Positions 53,914 through 64,000 of a stretch of DNA of 64,000 bases are shown here, one piece after another. Within the stretch, counting starts at the first letter, position 1. Each line of letters starts with the position of its first letter. The stretch is from Minisyncoccia bacterium (GTDB taxonomy: Bacteria; Patescibacteriota; Minisyncoccia; Phycocordibacterales; CALRBL01). Under the pieces are notes generated by a model. It was not told where the DNA came from, did not search any database, and saw nothing but the letters and a program-made list of their open reading frames with translations. Where the stretch lies: NCBI GenBank assembly GCA_038230075.1, contig JBBRNV010000004.1, forward strand, positions 6,047-70,046. The letters run 5' to 3'. Position numbers and translations under genes: made by a program.

Positions 53914-56433
53914 TTAATTCTTTTTGGTCGTCTTCGCAGTTGTGGTAGCTTTTGTTGTTGTCGCTTTAACTGTCTTAGTTCCTTCATTGGTTATTCCAGC
54001 CCCTGTTACCGTAGCATTTGTTCCTTGATCAGTATTTACCGGCAATGATGAGTTTTGATTTGGTAAACCCACTGTTGGTGAAAGTCCAGCATTTAAGTTA
54101 TCGAGTCCTTTTCTAATCGACTCATTATCTGGTAACTGTTTCTGTAACTCTTGAAAGAGTACGAGTGCTCCTGCCTTGTCTCCGTTGTTGTATTCTGCGA
54201 GTGCGAGGAAGTACTTAACATTTGCAACATCAGCCTGACCTCCAACAAGTGAGATTGTTCGCTCAAAGCTTTGAATTGCATCTCCATATGCCTTGTTACT
54301 GTATTGAAGTAATCCGAGTTGGAAATACACGTAAGGATTTGTTGGTGTAAGTGATGCACCTGCCTGCGCTGATTGAATGGCTGTTGCAGCATCCCCTTCT
54401 TGAATCAATGTTTGAGCGAGTAGGAAATATGCGTCTTGATAATTAGGTTTTAGTTGAATCGCTTTTACCAACGAATCTTTTGCCTTGGTTGTATCTTTAT
54501 TTGCGAGTTCAAGTTCTGCAATTTGATATGCAATCAATGGATTATAAGGATTCAATTCTTGAGCTTTCTGATATGAAGCCAGAGATGCATCGTATGCTCC
54601 TTGAATATTAAGTGATACAAAGTTTTGTGCTCCTTGAGCAAGTGCAACATAGTTCAGATAATTTTTTGGATCGTATCCTGTGTTTGGGTCAGTTAACAAT
54701 GTTCGAGCCTGACTTAAGTCATTTGAAGCTTGCTGAATAATGTTTACTGCCTTATCTTTTGTAAGATTTTTATCAGCGAGGGCAGTAAATGCTTCACCTA
54801 ATCGAATCTGAAGTGCCCCTCGAATATATGCATCTGTTGGATCAGACTGAAGTGCTTTGTTGATATAATTTTCTGCAATTCCTAAGTCTTCAATCTTCTG
54901 TGCACCTGAATATGCGATAGCTGCCTTATTTGAATACACTGAAGCAGATACTTTTGAATAAAATGAGAAAGCCCATGAGACAACAAAGATAATAACAAAG
55001 GTCAGTGCAAGAATAGAAAGGAAACTTTTTCGCTTACTTTCTTCAAATGAAATATATTTTTCTTTGAGGAACCCATCTCGAAAGAGCATTCCCATAAATG
55101 CACCTGTGAAAATAAATGCTAATGCTATAACTACCTGTCCCGGTGCGTAAGTCAGAAGCACAATCCAAAATACGAAAGCAACTAAGAATGATGAGATGAC
55201 AATGTAGTTTGAGAAAACATCTCTGTCTTTATTGAATAATGATTTGCAACCCAAAATGAACAGACTTATAAGAAAGATCATCATTGCAAGAAATGCTGGA
55301 ATTCCGGCGGTAATTAAAATAGTTGGAATGTATCCGACAGCATTTGAGAAGTCATAATTCCATGAAGAGGTCACGTTAACTTCTTGTGGCTTGTGGAGTA
55401 ACCAGTAATACGTAAAGTTGTTTGGACCAACTCCTAAGAAATGCTTTTCTTTAAAGAGTGTTCCTGTAAGACTTACTGTTTCTTGCCAGTTTGGAATTGA
55501 GAGGTTAACTGGTGCTCGTGGAACAACATGTGTTGGATCATATAAATGTGTATTGATTTGGTTGTATGCAAGAGTGACACAAATTCCAACAATAAATACA
55601 ACGAGTGATGCAATTGGAACAGTTCGTTTGTGATTTGCTTCTGTCTTTCCTGCATACAGAGATGAAAGAAGATACACGAAAAATACAAGAGCAAACAAAC
55701 CAATTAACGTTGCAAAACTGAAGACGAAGTTTCCCCAAATAAATACAGGGAAGTTAACAAGTGAAAGAATGAGTAAACTTGCACCAAGCATTACGTAGAA
55801 GATGGTTTTCCAAATTCGATTTACTTTTACAAATTCAATACTGATACAAGTAAGAAGTGTTGCAATTCCAGCTAACACTCCAAGTTCTGTCCACTTTCCT
55901 ACCGTGTTGTCAATGATTTGATTACCAGCACTCAACTTTAAGAAGTTGAACATTGCATTACTTCCAAACATTCGAAGAATATGAAAGATAGCTAACAAGC
56001 CAAATGAAGCTCCAAAAGAAGCGAAAAGATAGAAAACTCGTTCTCGAGTTCGAACGATTGAGGCAACAATGAGAGTTAGAAGAACAAGAACCAAACTGAA
56101 ACTCACGGTATCAATATCAAAACCACTCCCCATAATGCCTGTTCCTAGTCTTTTTGTGACAAATGCAGACAATAAATACAAAACAGGTATTGAAATGAGT
56201 GCAATAACAGGAAGACTTGTTGAATAGGTAAATCTTCCCTCTTTAAATGAGTTGATCACTAAGTATATAACGCCAAGAATGACGAAAATAAAGAGTGGAA
56301 TAACCTTAAAGAAAACAAAGCTAATCGGAAGAGTGTTGGTAAAAAGCAATGGAAGCAAGAAGACTAATGCAACAAGATAGCCGTAAATAAACTTTTGAAA
56401 AGAAATTGTTTTAATTCGCTCTAATAAAGACAT
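53914..56433 (-). CDS. O-antigen-ligase-like multi-TM protein with C-terminal TPR repeats
   Basis: About 13 TM helices with W.......K...LGVGPNNF loop, then TPR repeats (AQELNPYNP, AIQLKPNYQDAYF). Confidence 0.8.
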   Translation of the reverse strand: MSLLERIKTISFQKFIYGYLVALVFLLPLLFTNTLPISFVFFKVIPLFIFVILGVIYLVINSFKEGRFTYSTSLPVIALISIPVLYLLSAFVTKRLGTGIMGSGFDIDTVSFSLVLVLLTLIVASIVRTRERVFYLFASFGASFGLLAIFHILRMFGSNAMFNFLKLSAGNQIIDNTVGKWTELGVLAGIATLLTCISIEFVKVNRIWKTIFYVMLGASLLILSLVNFPVFIWGNFVFSFATLIGLFALVFFVYLLSSLYAGKTEANHKRTVPIASLVVFIVGICVTLAYNQINTHLYDPTHVVPRAPVNLSIPNWQETVSLTGTLFKEKHFLGVGPNNFTYYWLLHKPQEVNVTSSWNYDFSNAVGYIPTILITAGIPAFLAMMIFLISLFILGCKSLFNKDRDVFSNYIVISSFLVAFVFWIVLLTYAPGQVVIALAFIFTGAFMGMLFRDGFLKEKYISFEESKRKSFLSILALTFVIIFVVSWAFSFYSKVSASVYSNKAAIAYSGAQKIEDLGIAENYINKALQSDPTDAYIRGALQIRLGEAFTALADKNLTKDKAVNIIQQASNDLSQARTLLTDPNTGYDPKNYLNYVALAQGAQNFVSLNIQGAYDASLASYQKAQELNPYNPLIAYQIAELELANKDTTKAKDSLVKAIQLKPNYQDAYFLLAQTLIQEGDAATAIQSAQAGASLTPTNPYVYFQLGLLQYSNKAYGDAIQSFERTISLVGGQADVANVKYFLALAEYNNGDKAGALVLFQELQKQLPDNESIRKGLDNLNAGLSPTVGLPNQNSSLPVNTDQGTNATVTGAGITNEGTKTVKATTTKATTTAKTTKKN

Positions 56434-56523
56434 GGATTTTGATTAATAATAATATGTCTCATTATTATAACGGATATTAACCCCTAATAAAAGCAAATCC
56501 ACAGGTTACCCTGTGGAAAGCTT

Positions 56524-56897
56524 CTGAGTCTATAAGCCGAATTCTGTAATCATATTCGTTTCCAAATATGATCGGAACGTATTTATCTGTGTTGTGTATT
56601 ACTACACACATCAAGCGGCACTCTCTCTTTTTTACTTTCGCAAAAAAGAGAGTACGGCCTTGCACAGAAGTAAGGATTTTGCCGTTTCACTTTCACCTTT
56701 CGATGAAATTCATCATATCTTACGATACGATGCAGTTGGCTTTCGCCTTCTGCGTCACTGCTCGCACCTCTTGGATTACCCAGACGGGCGTTACCCGCTA
56801 CTTGTGTCTCTCACATTTCTGTAAAAGACTCTGTGTTCGGACTTTCCTCCCCTTCACATTACACGTGGTTATGTGAAAGAGCACGTACCCAACTCAG
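56524..56897 (-). ncRNA. rnpB: RNase P RNA
   Basis: Minus strand has GAGGAAAGTCCG (P4 5'), GTGAAACGG, ACAGAATTCGGCTTAT (P4 3') and P1 CTGAGTT/GACTCAG. Confidence 0.96.
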
Positions 56898-56918
56898 GTC
56901 TTTAGACTAGCAAAAAAA

Positions 56919-57434
56919 CTAGATAAAGTCGACTGAATCTCCAACTTTTATACCAGAACCACTTAGCTCATCTTTTGAAAGTTCAATAACATACGAAGCG
57001 TCTTTTGTCGGATAAAATACTTGAGGATACGTACCAGGTTCCATATCTTTAACGATAGTAATAACTGTTCTATTTTTATCGAGCCATAAGACATCAAGAG
57101 GAAAACTCATGTCTTTCATCCAGATACCTGAATCATTAATGCTTGCTCGAGGAAATATAAAAAGCATTCCTGTTTCATTTTCTAAGTACGGTCTTCCACT
57201 TAATCCTTTTTGAAGATCTTTTTCATCTGTAACAATTTCCGCATGTATTCTTTTATTTCCAATTTGAATGTCGATTCGCTTTTTTTCGTATAACACTTTG
57301 TCGTCTATAAAATTTTGATTTGCAAATAACTTTTGTGGAAGGTTTCTGATAAAAGGCCGCGAAATAATGAGACCTGCAAAAATAATAATAACAATGATGA
57401 ATGCTGCCATAAGAGTTCGAGAACTGTGACGCAT
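56919..57434 (-). CDS. DUF192-family protein
   Basis: N-terminal TM, KGLSGR..L....GMLFIF, IWMKDMSFPLDVLW and YVIEL motifs. Confidence 0.9.
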   Translation of the reverse strand: MRHSSRTLMAAFIIVIIIFAGLIISRPFIRNLPQKLFANQNFIDDKVLYEKKRIDIQIGNKRIHAEIVTDEKDLQKGLSGRPYLENETGMLFIFPRASINDSGIWMKDMSFPLDVLWLDKNRTVITIVKDMEPGTYPQVFYPTKDASYVIELSKDELSGSGIKVGDSVDFI

Positions 57435-57437
57435 GAG

Positions 57438-57845
57438 CTATTCTTTAGATTCAAACAAAAGAGAAAGAGAATTCATACAAAAACGTTTTCCAGTTGGCGC
57501 TGGTCCGTCATCAAACATGTGTCCAAGGTGTGCCCCACATCGAGCGCACAATACTTCAGTTCGAAGCATTCCATAACTTCGATCATCTTTTGCTTCGATT
57601 ACTTCAGGAGAAATAGTGTCGAAAAAACTTGGCCACCCTGTTCCTGAATCATATTTAGCTTCTCCACTAAATAATTCGAGATGACAATTTGAACAGAAAT
57701 ATGTTCCATCTCTTTTTTCTTTATAGTATGAACCTGCGAAAGCAGCTTCTGTTCCGTGTTTTCGAGTAACATGATAGACCTCAGGAGAGAGAATTTCTTT
57801 CCACTCTTCATCTGACTTAACAATCTTTTCTATGTTCTTTAACAT
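57438..57845 (-). CDS. msrB: Methionine-R-sulfoxide reductase
   Basis: GTE..F.G, CSNC, KYDSGTGWPSF, CARCGAHLGHMFDDGP.PTGKRFCMNS. Confidence 0.97.
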   Translation of the reverse strand: MLKNIEKIVKSDEEWKEILSPEVYHVTRKHGTEAAFAGSYYKEKRDGTYFCSNCHLELFSGEAKYDSGTGWPSFFDTISPEVIEAKDDRSYGMLRTEVLCARCGAHLGHMFDDGPAPTGKRFCMNSLSLLFESKE

Positions 57846-57883
57846 TGTATATATAGTATATCAATATACGTATCAAAATTACA

Positions 57884-58423
57884 CTAGTTGGAATACATTC
57901 CCAAAAGCTTAAGTACAGCCGTAACTGCAGGATCAGCATCAGGCCCATATACAATTGCTCCACCTAACGCCCCAGTAATTGTTACTGAAATTAATCCAGC
58001 CAAAGAAAGAATGACGAGATATGCTCGATGTGCGTAAAAGTGATACAGAAATATTTGGATCTTTTTTGCGATAGAAGTAAATGTTGTCCAATTTGGTTTT
58101 AATAATTGCAGCTGTTCGATCCAATTTTGCACAAGAGAAAGCTTTGTAACATAGATAAGAAGAATAAAAACAAAAATATATGCAGTAACCACTGCCCAGG
58201 TATTATGATTTTCAATCAAGTCACTTCTTCCCATGATTCCTTCTGCAATATCTCCTGTGTAAAGCGCTACAAAAATTCCCAAGGTTCCAATAACAAGAAA
58301 AGTAAACTTAATATAAAACCATGAAACGATATGCTGTAATTTTTTAATACTGATAATTTCAAACAATGCATAGACAGTAAGTAACGCTATGGGAAAGTGA
58401 ACGATGATGGGATGTATATTCAT
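57884..58423 (-). CDS. DUF2231-like membrane protein
   Basis: HPIIVHFPIALL, TG..A.......H and TGALGGAIVYG motifs. Confidence 0.82.
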   Translation of the reverse strand: MNIHPIIVHFPIALLTVYALFEIISIKKLQHIVSWFYIKFTFLVIGTLGIFVALYTGDIAEGIMGRSDLIENHNTWAVVTAYIFVFILLIYVTKLSLVQNWIEQLQLLKPNWTTFTSIAKKIQIFLYHFYAHRAYLVILSLAGLISVTITGALGGAIVYGPDADPAVTAVLKLLGMYSN

Positions 58424-58493
58424 ATAGTGATATTAACAATAAAAATAGAGATATTCTGGTATAATAGAACACACTTAGTATATAATTTTACAC

Positions 58494-58811
58494 ATGCAGG
58501 AACAAACACCGAATCCACCTATCGATCACGCTCAACAAACTGTCGTTGAAGTAGACATCAACAGAGAAACAAGCGAAGAGTTTTTGGATGAACTTCAAGC
58601 AATTAAAAAAGAGTTGAAAATTTCAAATTCATTCTCTCGAAAATTTTCACTAGCTCTTATCTATGGTCTTGGAACCGTTATTGGTGCTACGGTAGTTGTT
58701 GCACTTCTCGTATATATTCTTTCTCTGTTCACCAACATTGTTTTCATTGGAAAAATAAATAATTGGATTATTCACAGACTTGAACACTCAACGAGCTCTG
58801 AGTCATTCTAA
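58494..58811 (+). CDS. Hypothetical membrane protein (DUF5665-like)
   Basis: GLGTVIGATVVVALLVYILS hydrophobic segment. Confidence 0.65.
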   Translation: MQEQTPNPPIDHAQQTVVEVDINRETSEEFLDELQAIKKELKISNSFSRKFSLALIYGLGTVIGATVVVALLVYILSLFTNIVFIGKINNWIIHRLEHSTSSESF

Positions 58812-58820
58812 ATGTTAGCT

Positions 58821-59261
58821 CTATTCAAGATACACTCTTTTTCTCAACAACTGCAATTCAATGTAGTCGGTATCACCCATCATTCCATCATTTTGTAGTT
58901 GTTGACTTGCATCAAAAAGATAATTTATATCTGTAGGAACCTCACTTACAGAATGTAGAGTTGTATCTTGAAGATTTTCAACGTAACTTTCTATTTTTTG
59001 AAGAGCATATCGAATACCTGCTTGAACAAATGTTTCGATCTTTTTCATATCTTCAAAAGACAAACTTTCACTTTGTTTCTGATAAACACCCTCAAGCATC
59101 ATAATATCTATGAATGCTGGATAAAGAGAAACTTCTTCATTTGAAAGCACGGCGCGTTCAATTCTTTTAAATAATTTAGAAGTAACGACTGGCACATCAG
59201 GAGTTAATTCTAATGCTCCGTGCTTGAGATGTACTAGTTCTATTTTTTCACCTTCGTTCAT
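58821..59261 (-). CDS. Hypothetical protein
   Basis: 146-aa ORF starting 2 nt after the upstream co-oriented gene. Confidence 0.65.
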   Translation of the reverse strand: MNEGEKIELVHLKHGALELTPDVPVVTSKLFKRIERAVLSNEEVSLYPAFIDIMMLEGVYQKQSESLSFEDMKKIETFVQAGIRYALQKIESYVENLQDTTLHSVSEVPTDINYLFDASQQLQNDGMMGDTDYIELQLLRKRVYLE

Positions 59262-59263
59262 AA

Positions 59264-59725
59264 TTAAACTTGTTGTATGCTGATTATTTTTAGATCAACC
59301 AATGCAAAGAAAGCCTTTCGATATAACTCACCACGTGCGACAGCGTCGTGAAAATGCATTCTATCTGCAATTGATTCAAAATTTACAGGTTTATCTGCGT
59401 GTTGATCATCTGCGGTTATTAAATAATATTCATTCTGAATGTATTCAATTAATGCTAATTGAATATCGCTATACTCCGAAACATCTTTACGAGTATCTTG
59501 ATCATGATCATGATTTTCGGGTAATGAATAAAATTCTTTAAGGAAATCTTGACCATCCATCGAATCAAAAAATCCAACAAATAATCTTACCGCCTCATCT
59601 TTTGCAAAAGGATCTCCTTCAGCTAAAAAAAGAACCTTCATCTTTTCAAGAAGATCGTATCTCTCACCATTTTCACCTTCATGTTTGCCACCTATTTTTA
59701 GTACCATATTTTCATTTCTAGACAT
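59264..59725 (-). CDS. Hypothetical acidic protein
   Basis: 153-aa ORF starting 11 nt after the TPM gene. Confidence 0.65.
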   Translation of the reverse strand: MSRNENMVLKIGGKHEGENGERYDLLEKMKVLFLAEGDPFAKDEAVRLFVGFFDSMDGQDFLKEFYSLPENHDHDQDTRKDVSEYSDIQLALIEYIQNEYYLITADDQHADKPVNFESIADRMHFHDAVARGELYRKAFFALVDLKIISIQQV

Positions 59726-59736
59726 GTAAAACTATT

Positions 59737-60660
59737 TTACCACGAACCACTGGCTCCGCCACCACCCGATGAGCCCCCACTAAAGCCCCCAAATCCGCCA
59801 CCGCCAGAACTGCCACCACCTCCACCAATAAACCATGGAATACTCTTTCCTCCTTTCGATGCTTTGTATCCCTTCGAAACAATATAGTCGAAGATCAATC
59901 CAAAAATACTCAAAATAACGATTGAAATTGTTCCAACAAAAAAGAATCCAAAAAAGAATCCAATAATAACTCCAATTGCTCCACCAAACACTCCTCCAAG
60001 CCACCACGACTTTGATTTAGCCAAAATTGAAGTGAGCCACTGAAGTGCGATGATACCGGCAAAAAACAAAAAACCTGCGTGGTTGTATAACCATCCATAA
60101 TTTTCAGACTGAGACGATGTGGCTGACGCAGTAAATTCTTCTCCTTGCACCGCAGCTTCAATTGCATAAACACCCTGCGTCACTCCCTCATCATAATTTC
60201 CATTTTTAAATTCTGGAGTAATGATCTCATCAATAATTCTTCCTGATTGAATGTCGGTAAGAGCACCTTCTAAACCATATCCCACTTCGATACGAAGCTT
60301 TCTTTCGTTAGGAGCAATTAAAAGAAGTACTCCGTTGTTAGAAGCTTTAGTTCCAACTCCCCACTCTCGAAATAATGCATTTCCATATGAAGCAACATCA
60401 TCACCATCAAGACTATTAACTGTTGCGATAACAATTTCAGTACTTGAACTTTCTTTGAAGTTAGTAAGTTCTTCTTCAAGAGAGTTTTTGACATCCTGTG
60501 AAAGAATGCCAGCAAAGTCGTTTACATATCCAGTTGGTGATCCTGGAGATGTGTATGCATATACAAGTTGAACATTTTTATGTACCAAACTTACAAGTGC
60601 TGCCAAGATAAATAGAAAAAGCAGTGTCCAAGATGTGAACCGTATAAGGGTTCTCTTCAT
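59737..60660 (-). CDS. TPM-domain (YgcG-like) membrane protein
   Basis: YVNDFAGILS, WGVG....NNGVLLLIA..ER..RIEVGYGLEGALTD, Gly-rich GGGASGSW end. Confidence 0.93.
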   Translation of the reverse strand: MKRTLIRFTSWTLLFLFILAALVSLVHKNVQLVYAYTSPGSPTGYVNDFAGILSQDVKNSLEEELTNFKESSSTEIVIATVNSLDGDDVASYGNALFREWGVGTKASNNGVLLLIAPNERKLRIEVGYGLEGALTDIQSGRIIDEIITPEFKNGNYDEGVTQGVYAIEAAVQGEEFTASATSSQSENYGWLYNHAGFLFFAGIIALQWLTSILAKSKSWWLGGVFGGAIGVIIGFFFGFFFVGTISIVILSIFGLIFDYIVSKGYKASKGGKSIPWFIGGGGGSSGGGGFGGFSGGSSGGGGASGSW

Positions 60661-60668
60661 ACAGAGAG

Positions 60669-61286
60669 TTAGTTAGTAGCAGCTCCTTCAGGCGCTGGTG
60701 AAGTATTGAAGTCAACTTTTGGTGCAACTTGAGCAGCGGCATCTGCCTCAAAGTATGCCTTCGGTGCGAATCCAAAAAGTTTTGCAAACAATACACCTGG
60801 AAATCGCTGTGCAGCAGTATTGTATGAAACTACGGTGTCGTTAAAGTTTTTTCGTTCAACTGAAATTCGATTTTCTGTTCCTTCAAGTGATACTTGAAGA
60901 TCTCGAAAGTTTTGAGTTGCTGTTAGTTGAGGATAGTTTTCTGCAACAGCAATCAATCGTCCAAGAGAACTTGAAAGGTTTGATTGTGCGGCCTGAAATT
61001 GTGACAATTTTTCTGGAGTTAAATCTTTTGCATCAATATTAATACTTGTCGCTTGTGCTCGAGCGTTAACTACATCTGTTAATGTCTTTTGTTCGAAATT
61101 TGCTGCACCCTTCACAGTGTTCACAAGATTAGGCACGAGATCTGCTCGTCGTTGATAGACAGTTTGAACATTTCCCCACGCATTATCAACAGCTTGGCTT
61201 TTTCCAACCAAACCGTTATATGAACCAACTGCGAATAAACCGATAATAACGATAACACCGATAACTATCCATAATGTTTTGCTCAT
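60669..61286 (-). CDS. lemA: LemA-family protein
   Basis: YQRRADLVPNLV.TVKG, AVAENYPQL and LEGTENRI.VER..FN motifs. Confidence 0.96.
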   Translation of the reverse strand: MSKTLWIVIGVIVIIGLFAVGSYNGLVGKSQAVDNAWGNVQTVYQRRADLVPNLVNTVKGAANFEQKTLTDVVNARAQATSINIDAKDLTPEKLSQFQAAQSNLSSSLGRLIAVAENYPQLTATQNFRDLQVSLEGTENRISVERKNFNDTVVSYNTAAQRFPGVLFAKLFGFAPKAYFEADAAAQVAPKVDFNTSPAPEGAATN

Positions 61287-61352
61287 AAGGAGGATTATAC
61301 AACAAACAAGAAATTCATACAGTCTTTATGTATTCCTTGTTTAGAGTGTAAA

Positions 61353-63026
<1,674 letters not shown>

Positions 63027-63040
63027 TTACTGCTAAATAA

Positions 63041-63400
63041 TTACCGAAGAATTCCTAAAATCTGTGACTCAGAAATAACGACATACTTCTTATGATTCAT
63101 TTCGATTTCATCATATCCATATTTTGAAAACAGAACTCGATCTCCAACTTCTACATTCATAGAAAGAATACTTCCATTCTCTAATACTTTTCCAGCACCA
63201 ACCGCAATCACATTTCCTTGGGCAGATTTTTCTTTAGATACTGACTCGGGAAGAATCATGCCGAATGATGTTTGTTGTTCTGCTTTCTGTTCAGTGATTT
63301 CAATTAAAACTTTGTCTCCAAGTGGAGTCAGAAAATGACCTTTGTTTTGTGAAGATGTAGTGCCTGTAATATTGTTTTTTGGAGCTTTTTTCTTATTCAT
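63041..63400 (-). CDS. groS: Co-chaperonin GroES
   Basis: PLGDKVLI, G.VIAVGAG and VGDRVLFSKYG motifs. Confidence 0.96.
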   Translation of the reverse strand: MNKKKAPKNNITGTTSSQNKGHFLTPLGDKVLIEITEQKAEQQTSFGMILPESVSKEKSAQGNVIAVGAGKVLENGSILSMNVEVGDRVLFSKYGYDEIEMNHKKYVVISESQILGILR

Positions 63401-63583
63401 AATAGTAAAAGTTATTAATAGGTGTTGGTATTATACTCATCAAACCAGCCGATTCAACTCGGCTTCGAAACATTCTTTAGTCTTTATTTATATAATCTAG
63501 AGCTTTTCTTTATCTTTTCTTTATACAACGGATAGGGCTTCTGTGGATTGACTTTTAGATGAAATACGATAATATGTTCTTCG

Positions 63584-63811
63584 ATGAAACTTTCTGGCCT
63601 ATTGCCATATATAGAAATTGCTTTCGCAATACTTGCCATTGTTGGCATTCTCCTTCAACGAAATGAAGCTAACTTAGGAGCTGCTTTTGGCGGTGGTGAT
63701 ATGGGTGGAACATACAATACAAGACGAGGTTTTGACAAAGGTGTCTTTATTTTCACTACAATTGTCTCTATCTTGTTTGTGGCAACAACTATTGCTACTC
63801 TCATCTATTAA
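63584..63811 (+). CDS. secG: Preprotein translocase subunit SecG
   Basis: TM-ILLQ....LGAAFGG....TRRG.DK-TM. Confidence 0.92.
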   Translation: MKLSGLLPYIEIAFAILAIVGILLQRNEANLGAAFGGGDMGGTYNTRRGFDKGVFIFTTIVSILFVATTIATLIY

Positions 63812-63872
63812 TCTAACGATTATCTAGTCTCACGCTCTCTATATAGTGTAGAAAGCACAGACTCACATTAAC

Positions 63873-64000
63873 GTGGCTGAACGTATCTTTCAAAAACGAC
63901 ATCACCTTCCTTTTATCAATAAGATTGAAAAGGATTTTGAAGCGCTTAATCTGACAGAGCGAGTCATTTTCATTGTGGCAGGAATAGTTTTATGTTTTTC
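63873..64000 (+). CDS. 5' end of a membrane-anchored protein, truncated by the window edge
   Basis: Open frame from GTG 63873: VAERIFQKRHHLPFINKIEKDFEALNLTERVIFIVAGIVLCF. Confidence 0.5.
   Translation, partial: MAERIFQKRHHLPFINKIEKDFEALNLTERVIFIVAGIVLCF

Noticed and set aside
56498-56517. tccacagg-ttac-cctgtgga as paired DnaA boxes / origin
   Set aside because: Only partial matches to TTATCCACA, no box cluster; better explained as a hairpin just 3' of rnpB.
56477-56876. Short ORFs of 62, 102 and 76 aa
   Set aside because: They overlap the RNase P RNA gene.
63401-63583. CIRCE element upstream of groES
   Set aside because: No TTAGCACTC-N9-GAGTGCTAA; only a short agccga/tcggct hairpin.

Overview
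Housekeeping-rich, AT-rich bacterial chromosome segment. Gene content and order (short ValRS and ThrRS, short SMC, NusB-Nudix fusion, rpoB-rpoC-dnaG-rpoD cluster, split transketolase, pilin, LemA/TPM, no biosynthetic pathways) suggest a Patescibacteria/CPR (Parcubacteria-like) genome read with code 11; the taxonomy is inference. It holds about 58 CDS, tRNA-Phe(GAA), tRNA-Arg(CCT) and RNase P RNA. I see no CRISPR array, IS element, integrase or prophage. Main observations: (1) five small GC-richer units wedged between core genes, each with its own sigma70-type promoter, leader and GC hairpin terminator: one probable sRNA, one membrane orphan, a tandem pair of diverged paralogues where rimM normally lies, and a degenerate nucleoside-deoxyribosyltransferase/DUF1937-like protein; (2) none of the 53 complete resident genes ends in TGA while 3 of the 4 cassette ORFs do, in a genome where CGA looks like the preferred Arg codon; (3) many apparently leaderless genes; (4) NusB-Nudix fusion, hinge-less SMC, substitutions in the RpoB rifampicin pocket, and two candidate structured RNA leaders. 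All functional calls come from motif recognition by eye; no database searches were run.
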